Source of the DNA: Thecamonas trahens ATCC 50062
Taxonomy: Eukaryota; Protista; Apusomonadida
Reading direction: 5' to 3'
DNA length: 64,000 nt
Assembly (NCBI RefSeq): GCF_000142905.1
Contig: NW_013657664.1
Location: forward strand, 276,133 to 340,132
Position numbers and translations under genes: made by a program
Shown: piece by piece, positions 23,370 through 34,237 of the stretch
How positions within the stretch are numbered: position 1 is the first letter of the stretch
How the letters are laid out: every line of letters begins with the position of its first letter
Notes under the pieces: generated by a model
Seen by the model: only the letters and a program-made list of their open reading frames with translations
Told to the model about the DNA's origin: nothing
Databases searched by the model: none

Positions 23370-24437
23370 ATGGCGCCTCGAACGCGGAGCAGGAGTAGGA
23401 AGGGTGAGGAGAGCTCAGGGGCCGCAGGAGCCGGCTTGGCCGGTGGCAGCGGCGGCGGTGTGGATGGGCAGCGGGCTGGGGCTGCGGCGCGGGAGGCTGG
23501 GACTGCGGAGAAGGAGAAGGTTGTTGCGGGCAAGTTCCAGCTGTTCCCGCCGCCGCCAGTGGGCCATGTTGTGTCTGAGATTGTGTCGCCGACGTACGAG
23601 CTTGTGGAGTATGGTGAGGCGCCTGCGGTGCTGCAGTACAACAAGTTTGTGGAGACTGGGTACCGTGCGCATCTGAGCACAGCGCAGGCGCTGGCCTCGT
23701 TTTGGCATCTGCACAACGAGTCGATGAACGTGTGGACGCACGGTGGTGGCTTTGTCTTCTTCCTCGTACTCTTCATCCAGGGGTGGACCTCGTTTGGGTT
23801 TGTGGATCCCATCGAGTATCTGCTGTGGACGTGCCAGACGTCGTCGGCGCTGATCTGCTTCTTCTTCTCGGTCTCGTACCATCTGTTCCAGTGCCACGGC
23901 GAGTGCTCGCTGACGTCGTACAAGGCGTGGCTCTCTTACGACTTGTGGGGTATCCTGTACGCGTACGTGGCGTCGTCGATCCGGCGGGTTTTCTACGCCC
24001 TCCACTGCTACCCGCGCCTCCGCAACCTGTGCCTCATTGTCACGCTCGTCTTTGCCGCCGGCGTGCTGGTCACGGCGGTGACCGGCGCTCTGCTGGCCTC
24101 CCCCAAGATGCGGGTTGCCATCTTTGGCGCGCTCATGGTTGCTGCCAACCTCTCGACTGTCTTCTCGCTGTATCTCTCGGCCGGCTCGGCCGAGGCGCGG
24201 CAGCTGCACATCCTCGCCATTGTGCTGCAGGTAGTGGGCGGAACAATCAACGCGACCCGCATGCCCGAGCGCATCCTCCCATCGTGGATCCGGCGCTCGT
24301 TCACCGACTACTATTTCAACTCGCACGCCATCATGCACGTCGTTGTCGGCACCTCGGTCTACTGCACGTGGATTGGGTGCAATGCTGACTGGCAGTGGGC
24401 GATGCACTCCGACGCGCCGTGCGCTGGCGTCGTGTAG
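23370..24437 (+). CDS. PAQR / haemolysin-III family membrane protein (PAQR4-like)
   Basis: TGYR, HNESMNVWTH, SVSYHLF, RMPER, NSHAIMH; multiple TM segments. Confidence 0.88.
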   Translation: MAPRTRSRSRKGEESSGAAGAGLAGGSGGGVDGQRAGAAAREAGTAEKEKVVAGKFQLFPPPPVGHVVSEIVSPTYELVEYGEAPAVLQYNKFVETGYRAHLSTAQALASFWHLHNESMNVWTHGGGFVFFLVLFIQGWTSFGFVDPIEYLLWTCQTSSALICFFFSVSYHLFQCHGECSLTSYKAWLSYDLWGILYAYVASSIRRVFYALHCYPRLRNLCLIVTLVFAAGVLVTAVTGALLASPKMRVAIFGALMVAANLSTVFSLYLSAGSAEARQLHILAIVLQVVGGTINATRMPERILPSWIRRSFTDYYFNSHAIMHVVVGTSVYCTWIGCNADWQWAMHSDAPCAGVV

Positions 24438-24559
24438 GCGAACAACAAACAATGGCCTCGTGCGGCACTTGACATGCGTTTGCTTGGAAAGGTTTGTGAC
24501 GGGGCGGGGAGGGGGGATGGAGGGGAAGAAAGAGAAGCGAGTCGCCGCATCGAAGCACA

Positions 24560-25839
24560 TTAAGCGGACTTGGCCTTCTTGGCCTTCTTGGCCTTGCCGG
24601 CGTTGACGCGCAGGTAGTTGCCGAAGAGAACAAGGAGCGAAACCATGTAGATGGCAAGGAGCTGAAGGAGCCAGGTCGGGCCGCGGACCGGATCCATCTT
24701 GAGGATGTAGACATCGTAGATGCCCTGGACCATGTTGGCCATAAACTGGAGCATCTGGAACTTGGTAATGTAGAACTTCCACGGGACTTCGATCTTGAAA
24801 ACACGAGCAAGGTAGTACGAGTACATGACGACGTGGACAAACGAGTTGAGGATGATGGAGAAGTACGCCTCGCCAGCCGGGTAGGAGAAGGTCACGATGC
24901 ACCAGACGAGCGCAATGCTGAAGTGGTGGTACATGTGGAGGAACGAGACCTGGCGGTTGTTCTTCTTCAGCACCATGATGACCGTGTCGAGCATCTCCGG
25001 GAACTTGGACATGTAGAAGACCCAGACGATCTTGGCCATGCCGTGCTCGGCGGACGAGTCGAGCGCGTAGTTACCGAACAGGCCGTACTTGAGCGAGACC
25101 GCCTGGTACACAGTCTCAATGCACATGTATGCCGAGATGAGAACCATCGCCGTGTTGTGGATGATGGAGAAGGTGTAAAGCTTGAACGGCTGGAACTGCG
25201 ACATGATGACCTGGCCAACCTTGATGACCACGACGTAGGCCATGAGGACAAGGATAACCCGGAACCAGTTGAGGAACGGCAGGTCGAGCTCCTCCACGTA
25301 GTGGTGCTTCGACGAGAAGATCCAGTTGATGAAATCCATCGCCTGCGGCGCGTTGTCCGTCAGCAGGCCCTTGAACGACGTCTGTCCACCCCCCCACACA
25401 CCCACCGTCGAAACACGCGCGCCCATCCCGCGTCAGTCACCGTCTGCCACCACCTGGCCCCACCACCGGCCTCTCCACCCTGCACTCGCCCAAGTCACTG
25501 CCTCCCGACACGCCCTTCTACTGCAGCAAGCGACCCTTCACTCCTCCTCTCCCTCCACCACCCTCCACGCGCTTAGAGGGGAGGGAGGAGGCGAGGGAGC
25601 GCCGGGTGCCACCATGCGACCTGCGTGTGTGGATGGCGAGGAAAACGCAGGCAGGGTTGCGGGGGGGGGGGGGGGGGGGGGGAAGAGGGGCTGGGGCTAG
25701 GCATGGCAGTCTTGTGCACTTGTGGGCTACGTACCTCCCAGTTGTCGACAACGGCAGTGACGCCGGCATCGGTGAGAAAGTCGCCTGCGGTGCGGACACC
25801 AGCAATGAGGGCATCGGAAACAGGCTCAAACAGCGGCAT
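24560..25839 (-). CDS. ELO: Fatty-acid elongase (ELO/ELOVL); intron 25382-25734
   Basis: FYMSKFPEMLDT, SFLHMYHH, NSFVHVVMYSYY, ITKFQMLQF, C-terminal di-lysine-like tail; 35-codon exon 1 joins in frame via GTACGT..GACAG. Confidence 0.92.
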
Positions 25840-25960
25840 GGTTTGCGGTGTGAGTCGAGTGGTGGCGTGGAGCGAGGCAGTTGACCGTTTGGCTCGTTTG
25901 CTCTTGTTGGGGCAGCGGCGGGCAAATGAATCGATGCTACCACGACGGCAACGCGGTTCG

Positions 25961-27385
25961 CTACTGCGGGGTAGGCGGGGGCGAGGCCGAGGTAGTGGCC
26001 AAGGTTGATGGCTGCTGCTCCTGCTGGCGGATGAGGGTCTCGCGGGTGAAGCACTCGTTGTGGTAGGCGCCCTCGGCCAGGGCGAGGCGCGGATCGATCG
26101 GCGAGCCGGTGGTGGCGACGGTGAGGAGGCGCGGGGCGAGGAGGCGGCCTTGGCGGGCGCGATCGACGCGGAAGGGACGGAAGACCGGCGGCATGGGCCC
26201 CCCGGCATCGCCGCGGGCGATGCGGACCAGAGCGCCGCACACGGTGCAGGGCGTGGAGTAGAGCCGCGCGTACGAGTGGAGCCAGACAAGGAGCGGTGGG
26301 AGCGGCGCAGCGGGGTAGGCCGAGACAAAGTAGAGGTGGGCGGCGCGGACGTGGACCTCGATGGCGTCGAGGACCGGATCGCACGCGCCAGGTGCAAGCG
26401 GCGGGGCGTGGCGCGGGCGGCTGAGCGAGATCAGCGCAGGAATGAGGGTGTCCGACTCGGCAAGGCCGACAGCGCCGGAAAAGGTGATGCAAACCTGGAA
26501 GACATGTGGCAGCTCGAGCGTCAGCCGCGCCAGTCGCGACGAGAGCTCCAGCGGATGATATTTCCAGCTGACAATGCGGAACGAGGGCGCTGCCGATGCC
26601 ATGACCCCCACCAGCTTGGCCGGGAGGCCCGACCGCGAAGGCGAGCCGGAGCCGAGGGGCTTGCGCCGCTTCGACGGGTGCGACGCCGGCGTGATGGCGT
26701 AGACCCGCGGTCGCTTGCGGGATGTCTTGGGCTCGAGCAGGCCCGGGAAGAGCTTGCGCGCGGCGTCAGTGTAGCCGACGGCAGCGGCGCGCGATCTTGC
26801 CCGCGACGCCGCCGACGCCGCCGTCACCATGTCTGCGAGTAGCGCGTCAAGCGCTGGCGGCGCAGCATCGAGAGCCGACGCCGCTGCTGCGGGTGTCAGC
26901 GCCAGCGGCAGCGCCGCAACCGCGTTCCGCAAGCTGCGCAGCCTTCCGAGAGCGTCGACAAGTGCGTCGTGCGCCTTGCGAAGCGCCGCAGGCCGCCGCG
27001 CCGCAATCTGTCCACTCTGCAAACGCCCAGAGCCACCGACTGCGGCGCCATCCTCGCCATCCTCGCCCGCCTTGGTGGCTACAGAAGCTTGCCCGGTGTC
27101 TTGCGTCGGCATGGCCAGTAGCTCGACCACGGTCGAGGCCGCCGAGCGGATGGCGGTGGCAGACGCGGCCAGGTCGGCCAAGTCCGCCCGGGCCGCGAGC
27201 AAGGTCTCCGTCGACTCAGCCGCCAGTGCCGGCTGCGCAGGCGGCAGAGCCGTGGCCGACATTGGCAAGTTACCCCCCAGCGGCGACAATGCGGCCGAGC
27301 CGCCTGCTGAGGGCACCGTCGACGGGCCGCGCGGCGCCACCAGCGGTGCCAGCTCCAGCTCCATCGACCGCGACGCCATGGCCAT
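25961..27385 (-). CDS. MED27: Mediator complex subunit 27
   Basis: C-terminal WLHSYARLYSTPCTVCG...PPVFRPF...AYHNEC matches the MED27 zinc-binding tail. Confidence 0.8.
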   Translation of the reverse strand: MAMASRSMELELAPLVAPRGPSTVPSAGGSAALSPLGGNLPMSATALPPAQPALAAESTETLLAARADLADLAASATAIRSAASTVVELLAMPTQDTGQASVATKAGEDGEDGAAVGGSGRLQSGQIAARRPAALRKAHDALVDALGRLRSLRNAVAALPLALTPAAAASALDAAPPALDALLADMVTAASAASRARSRAAAVGYTDAARKLFPGLLEPKTSRKRPRVYAITPASHPSKRRKPLGSGSPSRSGLPAKLVGVMASAAPSFRIVSWKYHPLELSSRLARLTLELPHVFQVCITFSGAVGLAESDTLIPALISLSRPRHAPPLAPGACDPVLDAIEVHVRAAHLYFVSAYPAAPLPPLLVWLHSYARLYSTPCTVCGALVRIARGDAGGPMPPVFRPFRVDRARQGRLLAPRLLTVATTGSPIDPRLALAEGAYHNECFTRETLIRQQEQQPSTLATTSASPPPTPQ

Positions 27386-27566
27386 GAATGCGTGTGTGTG
27401 TGTGGTGTGTGTGTGTGTGTGGTGTGTGGGGTGTGTGGGGTGTAGGGTGTGAGGGGTGGGGCGGCGAGAAGTGTGGCTTTGGCTGTGGCGCTGGCGCTGG
27501 CGCTGGCTGTGGCTGTGTCGCCGTCTGCCTAGCTCCGCTCCTCGTCGGCGGTCGGCGGTCAGCTGT

Positions 27567-27609
27567 GGGCGACGGGCGACGGGCGACGGGCGACGGGGCG
27601 ACGGGCGGG
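27567..27609. repeat. GGGCGAC heptamer tandem repeat upstream of MED27
   Basis: gggcgacgggcgacgggcgacgggcgacggggcgacgggcggg. Confidence 0.8.
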
Positions 27610-27667
27610 CCAGCCAACTACGCCCCACTCTGTCACAAGCTCTAACCCATTCGACCCCCCCCCCCCC

Positions 27668-27767
27668 NNNNNNNNNNNNNNNNNNNNNNNNNNNNNNNNN
27701 NNNNNNNNNNNNNNNNNNNNNNNNNNNNNNNNNNNNNNNNNNNNNNNNNNNNNNNNNNNNNNNNNNN
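27668..27767. other. Assembly gap (100 N) within poly-C
   Basis: N run. Confidence 1.
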
Positions 27768-27818
27768 CCCCCCCCCCCCCCCCACCCCCTCCTCCCTCCC
27801 TCTCTCTCCCGTCACCAA

Positions 27819-29663
27819 ATGGCTTCTCCGCCAGACCGCCCCCCACCAGACCTCTGCCTGCTCCGCAAACCGTCGCCGCACTCGAACCCAGCGTCGGCCG
27901 TTCTGGCAGCGGTGCGGGGACGGCTGGACGCGGCGGCGGCTGAGCCGTTGCCGTCGCGGCGGGGTCGCCCTTCGCCACCTCGTCCGCGGCGAACGGCCCC
28001 GCAGTCTCCCTACTACTTGCCGCCCACTCAGTCGCTGGGGCTGAGAGATCTGCGGCTGAGGCGCTTGTCGGCATCGGCCGGCGCAAGCACATCGCACCAT
28101 GCCCGCTCCGCCGCTGACGGCGGATCTGTGGTCGGCGACGCAAACGCACAGGCTGGCTGTGATCTGGCGGCGGTGGTCGACACGGCGCATGCATCGCTGG
28201 CGGCAACCACAGACTGGCCGCGTAAGCAGTATGAAGTCCTCCACGATGACAGCGATCCGTTCCGGGTCTCGGACCCGTGCAACGATCCGCCGCCGCCGCC
28301 ACCGCCGCAGCTGAGCACCTCGTTCTGCGATGGCGGCGACGGCACTGGTGAGAGCGCTGGCGATGGCACTGGCGAGAGCGCGACTAAGGCCAGCGACACC
28401 GACGAGTACGAGTATGAGTACGAGTATGACGATGCGCCAGCTTCGCATGCCTCGGACCAGCTGCTTCTCATGCCTGGCGGCGATGTCAACACCCAGTTCT
28501 TCGACGCGCTTTTTCGCAGCAAGCAGGCCGGGCCGCGCAGCGAGTACTCGTACTACACTCACGACGACGTGCCGCGCCGCCCGCGCGCTGACTCGAGCGC
28601 CGCGCTCCGCGCCGAGCTTCGCGCTCATTCCCGCCACCCCAAGGCGCTCACTGCAGTCCGACGGCGGCGACAACTGGCAATTGCTGCCCTCTTGCGCGAG
28701 CCACGGAGCCCCAAAGTCGTTGCCGAGGTCCGGTCGGCACTGCCTGCAGCACCGCGCCGTGCCGCGTCCGAGTCGCCGTCCCGGCACGCCCCGCCGGCCT
28801 CGCCGCCGGCCCGAGTCAACCTCTCGATGTATGACTTTTCTCGCGAGGTCGGTGAGCAGTTTGTCGGGCTCGGCTCCGGCGACGAGGACGATGCGTCCGG
28901 GCGACTCACCGGTCTTGACACCTCTGCAGTGAGTGAGCTCACCGACGGCCTTGCGTTCTCAGACTCGTCACAGTGGGCAGTCCGCGGCGCGCTGCCGCGT
29001 GGCACCTACCTTCCGGGCTACGTTGAGGTCGATGCAAGCAATCCGGTGACCACCATCAACAAGTCGATGGCCATGTCTCGCTCGCCGTCACTGCGCACGC
29101 TCGGGGCCGAGCCCAATGCCGTGGAGGCTGTCGAGCTCCCGCGAACAACGGCCAATGCAGCCAAGGCGCTTATCTCGGCCTCTGGTGCCAACTGCCGCGC
29201 CGCGCTTGACCTCCCTGGCTCGACGCTCGTCCATGGCGTGTGGGAGACGCTCGCCATCGAGTCCGAGTCCGAGGCCGCCGCCGCTCTGGGCGCCGAAGAT
29301 CCGGATGCCGCAGAGACCATCGAGTCAGCTTGCGTCATCCTCCTTCGCATGCATGTCGTCCGCAAGGCTGCTGCCGTTTACATCGGCCTACTCCCTGTCA
29401 CCTACGAGTCGACGCCGCGGACGCTGGTCGCCGAAACCGCGTCGACGCTCGACTTTGCCGACAAGGCCGTGGTAGGCTCGTTCAACCTCTCGCTCGAGCA
29501 CTGCGAGACGCACGACCCCAAGGTCCAGTGGTTCCAGCTCCCGTCGCACCGACTCTCGCACTACCTCCGCCTTCGGTTCATCGGCGTCCACCAAGTGGTC
29601 TCGCCCGACGGCCCGTTCCACCAGCTCGCGCTTCTCCGCGTTGTTGCCGGGCGTGGCAGTTGA
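27819..29663 (+). CDS. Hypothetical protein: disordered N-terminus, C-terminal galactose-binding-like (discoidin/DOC-type) domain
   Basis: 614-aa ORF; C-terminal beta-rich region ending QWFQL..SHYLRLRFIGVH; domain call tentative. Confidence 0.6.
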   Translation: MASPPDRPPPDLCLLRKPSPHSNPASAVLAAVRGRLDAAAAEPLPSRRGRPSPPRPRRTAPQSPYYLPPTQSLGLRDLRLRRLSASAGASTSHHARSAADGGSVVGDANAQAGCDLAAVVDTAHASLAATTDWPRKQYEVLHDDSDPFRVSDPCNDPPPPPPPQLSTSFCDGGDGTGESAGDGTGESATKASDTDEYEYEYEYDDAPASHASDQLLLMPGGDVNTQFFDALFRSKQAGPRSEYSYYTHDDVPRRPRADSSAALRAELRAHSRHPKALTAVRRRRQLAIAALLREPRSPKVVAEVRSALPAAPRRAASESPSRHAPPASPPARVNLSMYDFSREVGEQFVGLGSGDEDDASGRLTGLDTSAVSELTDGLAFSDSSQWAVRGALPRGTYLPGYVEVDASNPVTTINKSMAMSRSPSLRTLGAEPNAVEAVELPRTTANAAKALISASGANCRAALDLPGSTLVHGVWETLAIESESEAAAALGAEDPDAAETIESACVILLRMHVVRKAAAVYIGLLPVTYESTPRTLVAETASTLDFADKAVVGSFNLSLEHCETHDPKVQWFQLPSHRLSHYLRLRFIGVHQVVSPDGPFHQLALLRVVAGRGS

Positions 29664-29866
29664 CCCGGTGAATGCGCCCCCAAGAGTTGCCTCCATCCCC
29701 CCCCCCCCCCCCCCCCCCACCCCCAACTTGTCGCATGTGCGGCTGTTCTGTTCGAACGCATCCACGTGGACCAAAAGGGGCAAAACGTTGCCTTTGCCAC
29801 GAGACCTTCTCTGCACACGCCTCTCTGCACTCGACTTGCTCCTCTCCTCTATACACAACAAGCATC

Positions 29867-30931
29867 ATGCGTCCCGTCCCCATCCCCGGCCCCGTCCCTG
29901 GCCCCGCCCCAGGCTCTCGCTACAAGTACGCCTGGACCCCCCCCCCCCCCCCCCCCCCCCCCGGCCACACACACACACACACTCACTCTTCCCTCCCTCT
30001 CCTCAGCCGCCGCCGTCCGCAGCCGAAAGTGACCATCCACAAGGGTGTGCGGTGCGATATGTGCGGAGCGACGCCCGTCCGCGGCATTCGCTACAAGTGC
30101 TCCGTCTGCGATGACTTTGACATGTGCATGGCTTGCGACGAGATGTACTACGCCTCGCATTTTAACGGTGCCCATCCCATGCTCAAAATCCGCTTCCCGG
30201 CTGGCTCGCCGGGTTTGGTTGCCGACCCGTCACCAGTTCCCATCCCCGGCCCGGTCCCCGGCCCGGTCCCCGGCCCCGTCCTCCCCGGTCCGATCCACCC
30301 TAGCCTGCCCACGCCCGAGTGGAAGTGCAGTGCGTGTACGTTCATGAACAACCTCGCCGACTCGGCGTGCGCCATGTGCGGATCTGCTGCCCCGTCGCGC
30401 CCGCCGCCGCCGGTTGTTGGCGGCGGCGGCCGCCCGGGCATCGGCCAGCCTATGCCCCACGATGCCGTGGCCTACTCGGGCTCGGTCCGGCGCCCGCCAG
30501 TGTCCAAGAAGGGCGCTGTCAAGAAGGCCCCACAGGCCCGCAAGCGCGCCCTCGCCCGCGCCTCAGCCGGCGCGACCAGCTCGTGGAACTGCGCGCACTG
30601 CTCGTTCGCCAACTCGGGCGGCGACGTGTGCGCCGTGTGCTTTACCGACCGCACTGCTGCCGTCGCCAAGGTCAACGACTTTTCCGACAACGCGTACTGC
30701 GTCGATTGCGTCGCCGCCCTGCACAAGGCGCCATCCGACGCCATCGTGCCGGCCGACGCCACAAAGTGCGCCAAGTGCCCGACCTCGTACGGCCGCAACC
30801 AGCTCGGCCGCTTTAACGCCACCTGCGATACCTGCGCTGAGGCCTCGGGCGAATGCGCCATGTGCGCCGGGCCTATCGTCCATGAGCTTCCCGAGCCCAT
30901 GCCGGACTTTGCCGTTGCCTCAGCCTCGTAA
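29867..30931 (+). CDS. Multi-zinc-finger protein: ZZ, two RanBP2-type fingers, CRIPT-like Cys-rich tail; intron 29926-30006
   Basis: HKGVRCDMC..IRYKCSVCDDFDMCMAC (ZZ); WKCSACTFMN..CAMC and WNCAHCSFAN..CAVC (RanBP2); CDTCAEASGECAMC. Confidence 0.8.
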   Translation: MRPVPIPGPVPGPAPGSRYKYAWTPPPPPPPPGHTHTHTHSSLPLLSRRRPQPKVTIHKGVRCDMCGATPVRGIRYKCSVCDDFDMCMACDEMYYASHFNGAHPMLKIRFPAGSPGLVADPSPVPIPGPVPGPVPGPVLPGPIHPSLPTPEWKCSACTFMNNLADSACAMCGSAAPSRPPPPVVGGGGRPGIGQPMPHDAVAYSGSVRRPPVSKKGAVKKAPQARKRALARASAGATSSWNCAHCSFANSGGDVCAVCFTDRTAAVAKVNDFSDNAYCVDCVAALHKAPSDAIVPADATKCAKCPTSYGRNQLGRFNATCDTCAEASGECAMCAGPIVHELPEPMPDFAVASAS

Positions 30932-30988
30932 AGACCTTTGACTTCCCGCGTCGCGGCGCGTTTGGACAACCATTCCGCTCGCTGACGG

Positions 30989-33900
30989 CTAGAGTACAAC
31001 TGGATCGGCGCTGTCCAGAGCCACAGCGTCGCTGGCCTGGAGAATGGCCACAAAGACTCGCTCGAGCTTGGCCGGGAACGACATGTCTGCGGCAAAGAAC
31101 TCAAAGACAGCAATGGCGGCGAGGACAAGGACAAACTCATAAAAGACAAGCTCCTTGCCGAGATTGAGCTCGCCGTCGCGCTCAAACCCGGGACAGCCCT
31201 GCAGCGAGAGTAGCTTGGCGAGCACATCCAGCGTGAGCAGGCCGCGGAGCGGGGTTTTCAGCGGCGCCGTGTCCTCACCAAAAAGTGGCGACGGCACGTC
31301 GGTCGGTGCAGACAGCGCGCCGATGTCGGCCAAAAACAGGGCAAGCGCCCGAAAGGTAAGAACTGCGCCGACGTCGCCGACGTTGCCAAGGTCCGGTGCG
31401 AGGAAGAGGTCACGGAGCGTGGCAGGCGTCAGCCGCGTCATCGTCGTCACCTGCATCGGGCGCTGGGCCAGCCTCGGCGTCGCGTACTGCTGGGCCACAC
31501 TGGCAAACACCTGCTGCAGCACCTTTGAGTACGAGAGGATGAGAGCAAAGCCGTCGGGCGCAAAGATCTCGTTGTCAATGAGCTCAACAGACTCGAGACG
31601 GAGTTGGATCTCCTGGTTGCGCGCGGATTCGGCGGCCTCGTCCACCGCCAGCGCAGCCTCGAGGTCGGCATGCCGGCGCTCGGCGGCCGAGAGCCTGCCC
31701 GACTCGCCCTTGCTCCGCGATAGGCCGGAGCTCGACTTGCGCGACGAGCCGTGGCGTGCCCGCGACCGGCCGGACCGAGATGTGGTACCGCTGTTCCCGC
31801 CATCTGCGCCGCTCGCCTCTGCCATTGGTGAGAGAGTGCCGATGCCGCCACTGGCAAGCGCTCCGTGCTCGCGGGAACGCGAGCGCTTGGCGCGTGATGA
31901 CGACTTGCGTGACTTTTTGTGCGACGATGTCTTGGCCGACTTCGACGACGAGCCGTTGGCGGCTGACCGCCCGTGGCTCGACCGCTTCTTGCGGCCGGCG
32001 CCAAGCGCGGCGGACGCTGACTTGTTGAGCGCACTTGAGGCCGACGCCATGACACGGGCGAGCGGTGAGGCGCGCGGCGCGGCTATGACCGACGACCGGC
32101 GGTCGTACGACTTGAGCTCAGCACCGTCGTACCCAGCAGCGCCGACATGCCGGGCGGCGGCGTGCTCGGAGAGCTGCATGCGCGCCAGAATGACATCACG
32201 CTCCTCGGAAGGAGTGAGCGTTGCGGCGTCGACAAGCCGCTGTGCGGAGAGCTGCGAGAGGGCAGCAGATCGCTCGGCGGCCCGGGCGAGCAGGCTCGAC
32301 TGGCCGTCGAGGACCCTGGCCACGTGGTCGACAATAAACGACTCAAAGGCCAGGCCCGGCTTTCCCTCGAGCATGGCGAGGAGCTTGGCCCACGTGGCGT
32401 CTGAGCCCGGCTTGACGAGCGCGATAGCCGGCGGCGGGTCGGGCGGGCTCATCATGAGGCGGAAGAGCGCAATGCGAACAAGAGTGTTGAGAAAGTCGCG
32501 GAGGAGGACGACCGCATGTGGTGCATGTGGCTGGGTGTACAGCTCGGCTTGGATGGCCGAGTGCGCATACGGCTTGGCCAGGAGCCGGTCGATGTCTGCG
32601 AGCGAGTATGCGTCCGACGGGATGCCGGCATCGACGAGAAGTTTCCAAAGCAGAAAGCGGTCCATGTGGTAGACTGCGTCATCCTGAAACGTGCCTAGCA
32701 TCGAGTAGTACTTGTAAACTCGCCGGAGGTGCGAGATGTGGCGGAGGAGTGCATTCTGGAGCTGGGTCTGGATGGCGGTGGAGAGCCGCTCCAACCGGGC
32801 TTGCGACGGGATCGCCGGCGGCTTGCCGCCGGGCTCAGCCAGCGCCTGCAGCGACGCTAAGATGAGCATCGACGAAAGGTCCGAGATGAGGAGCACAATC
32901 GACGACGACGACAAGAGAGAGTGTGAGGCGCGGTTGAGCGGCGAGGCCGCGTTGAGCGAGGCGCGGGTGATCTCGTTGCCGGAGGCGTCGACCATGCGGT
33001 CGTTGTCAAAGGTGCCGTCAAAGACGGTGCCGTCCTCAAAGGCAAACACGCCGCGGCCATGCTTGACATTTGCTCGCCACGAGCCCTTGTACACGGCACC
33101 CGACGCGTAGGTAAAGGTGCCAAAGCCGTGGCGGGCACCGTCGACAAAGGCACCGACGTACTTGTTGCGGAGCATAAACTGCGAGCGCGCCGAGCGCTGC
33201 ACAAACCAGGTGTGCTCGCCAGTGCCATACGGCACGCCATTGCGCCACTCGCCAGTGTACTGCTGGCCGGAGGAGAGCCAGAGCATGGTTCCGGTCCCGT
33301 GCTTGACGTTGTTGAACCACTCGCCCTGGTACACGTTGCCTGAGGCATAGTGCATGGTGCCTTTGCCATGCTTGGCGTCGCGCGCCCATGAGCCCGAGTA
33401 CACACACGCGCTGGAGCCATCATAGCTCATCGTGCCGTCCCCCTGGCGGAGGCCCTCGACCCAAGCGCCTTCGTATCGGAGCCCGAGCGCCGGTGCCTCA
33501 AACACGCCGTGGCCATGGCGGAGGCCGTCACACACCTCACCCTCGTACCACGAGCCGTCGGGCCAATCAAACCGCCCGCTACCAGTAATGACATTATGCT
33601 CAAAGGTGCCGGTAAAGACCACGCCATCGGGCCAGGTGTACCTCCCCGAGCCGTGGAGCAGGCCGCCGTGAAATGCGCCCACGTACAAGGCGCCCGAGAC
33701 AAACACGGCCTCGCCCTCACCCTCAAGTTTGCCATCAAGCACCGGACCATTCGCCTCGACAATGCCGGCGGCCCAGATGCGGGCATCAAGCGGTGGCGGG
33801 GGCGCCGTCGCGTAGTCGATTGCAAACGAGACGAGCGAGTCGACAGCGGCCCGGGCCACGCCGCGGGCCTCTGCCCGCCGCTGCGCCGGCGTCAGCTCTG

Positions 33901-34129
33901 GCGGGCCGTGCGAGTACTCGGAGCCTTCCGAACCGTACTCTGACTCACTGCCGCCGTCCGACCTGCTCTCCTCGGTGCCAGCCCATTCATGGCGCTCACC
34001 CCGACGCCCTCCGTGCCCTCCGCCCGCTCCAGGGAACCCGCTCTTGCCGCTCCCGCCTGCACCCGGCGACGGCAACAGCGCCGCGCCCGACGGCAGGTTG
34101 AGCGGATTCAGCAGCGCATACGACGACAT
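30989..34129 (-). CDS. RSPH10B: Radial spoke head 10 homolog B-like MORN-repeat protein
   Basis: About 10 MORN repeats (YxGxWxxxxKHGxG) followed by LRRVYKYYS..LWKLL..LADIDR..LLRDFLNTLVRIA. Confidence 0.78.
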   Translation of the reverse strand: MSSYALLNPLNLPSGAALLPSPGAGGSGKSGFPGAGGGHGGRRGERHEWAGTEESRSDGGSESEYGSEGSEYSHGPPELTPAQRRAEARGVARAAVDSLVSFAIDYATAPPPPLDARIWAAGIVEANGPVLDGKLEGEGEAVFVSGALYVGAFHGGLLHGSGRYTWPDGVVFTGTFEHNVITGSGRFDWPDGSWYEGEVCDGLRHGHGVFEAPALGLRYEGAWVEGLRQGDGTMSYDGSSACVYSGSWARDAKHGKGTMHYASGNVYQGEWFNNVKHGTGTMLWLSSGQQYTGEWRNGVPYGTGEHTWFVQRSARSQFMLRNKYVGAFVDGARHGFGTFTYASGAVYKGSWRANVKHGRGVFAFEDGTVFDGTFDNDRMVDASGNEITRASLNAASPLNRASHSLLSSSSIVLLISDLSSMLILASLQALAEPGGKPPAIPSQARLERLSTAIQTQLQNALLRHISHLRRVYKYYSMLGTFQDDAVYHMDRFLLWKLLVDAGIPSDAYSLADIDRLLAKPYAHSAIQAELYTQPHAPHAVVLLRDFLNTLVRIALFRLMMSPPDPPPAIALVKPGSDATWAKLLAMLEGKPGLAFESFIVDHVARVLDGQSSLLARAAERSAALSQLSAQRLVDAATLTPSEERDVILARMQLSEHAAARHVGAAGYDGAELKSYDRRSSVIAAPRASPLARVMASASSALNKSASAALGAGRKKRSSHGRSAANGSSSKSAKTSSHKKSRKSSSRAKRSRSREHGALASGGIGTLSPMAEASGADGGNSGTTSRSGRSRARHGSSRKSSSGLSRSKGESGRLSAAERRHADLEAALAVDEAAESARNQEIQLRLESVELIDNEIFAPDGFALILSYSKVLQQVFASVAQQYATPRLAQRPMQVTTMTRLTPATLRDLFLAPDLGNVGDVGAVLTFRALALFLADIGALSAPTDVPSPLFGEDTAPLKTPLRGLLTLDVLAKLLSLQGCPGFERDGELNLGKELVFYEFVLVLAAIAVFEFFAADMSFPAKLERVFVAILQASDAVALDSADPVVL

Positions 34130-34204
34130 GGACACCTTGCGCCTCCTCCGTCCCAGGTCCGTGCAAACGGAGTGGTGGAGGGAGATGTGTGTGTGTGTGT
34201 GTGT

Positions 34205-34237
<33 letters not shown>

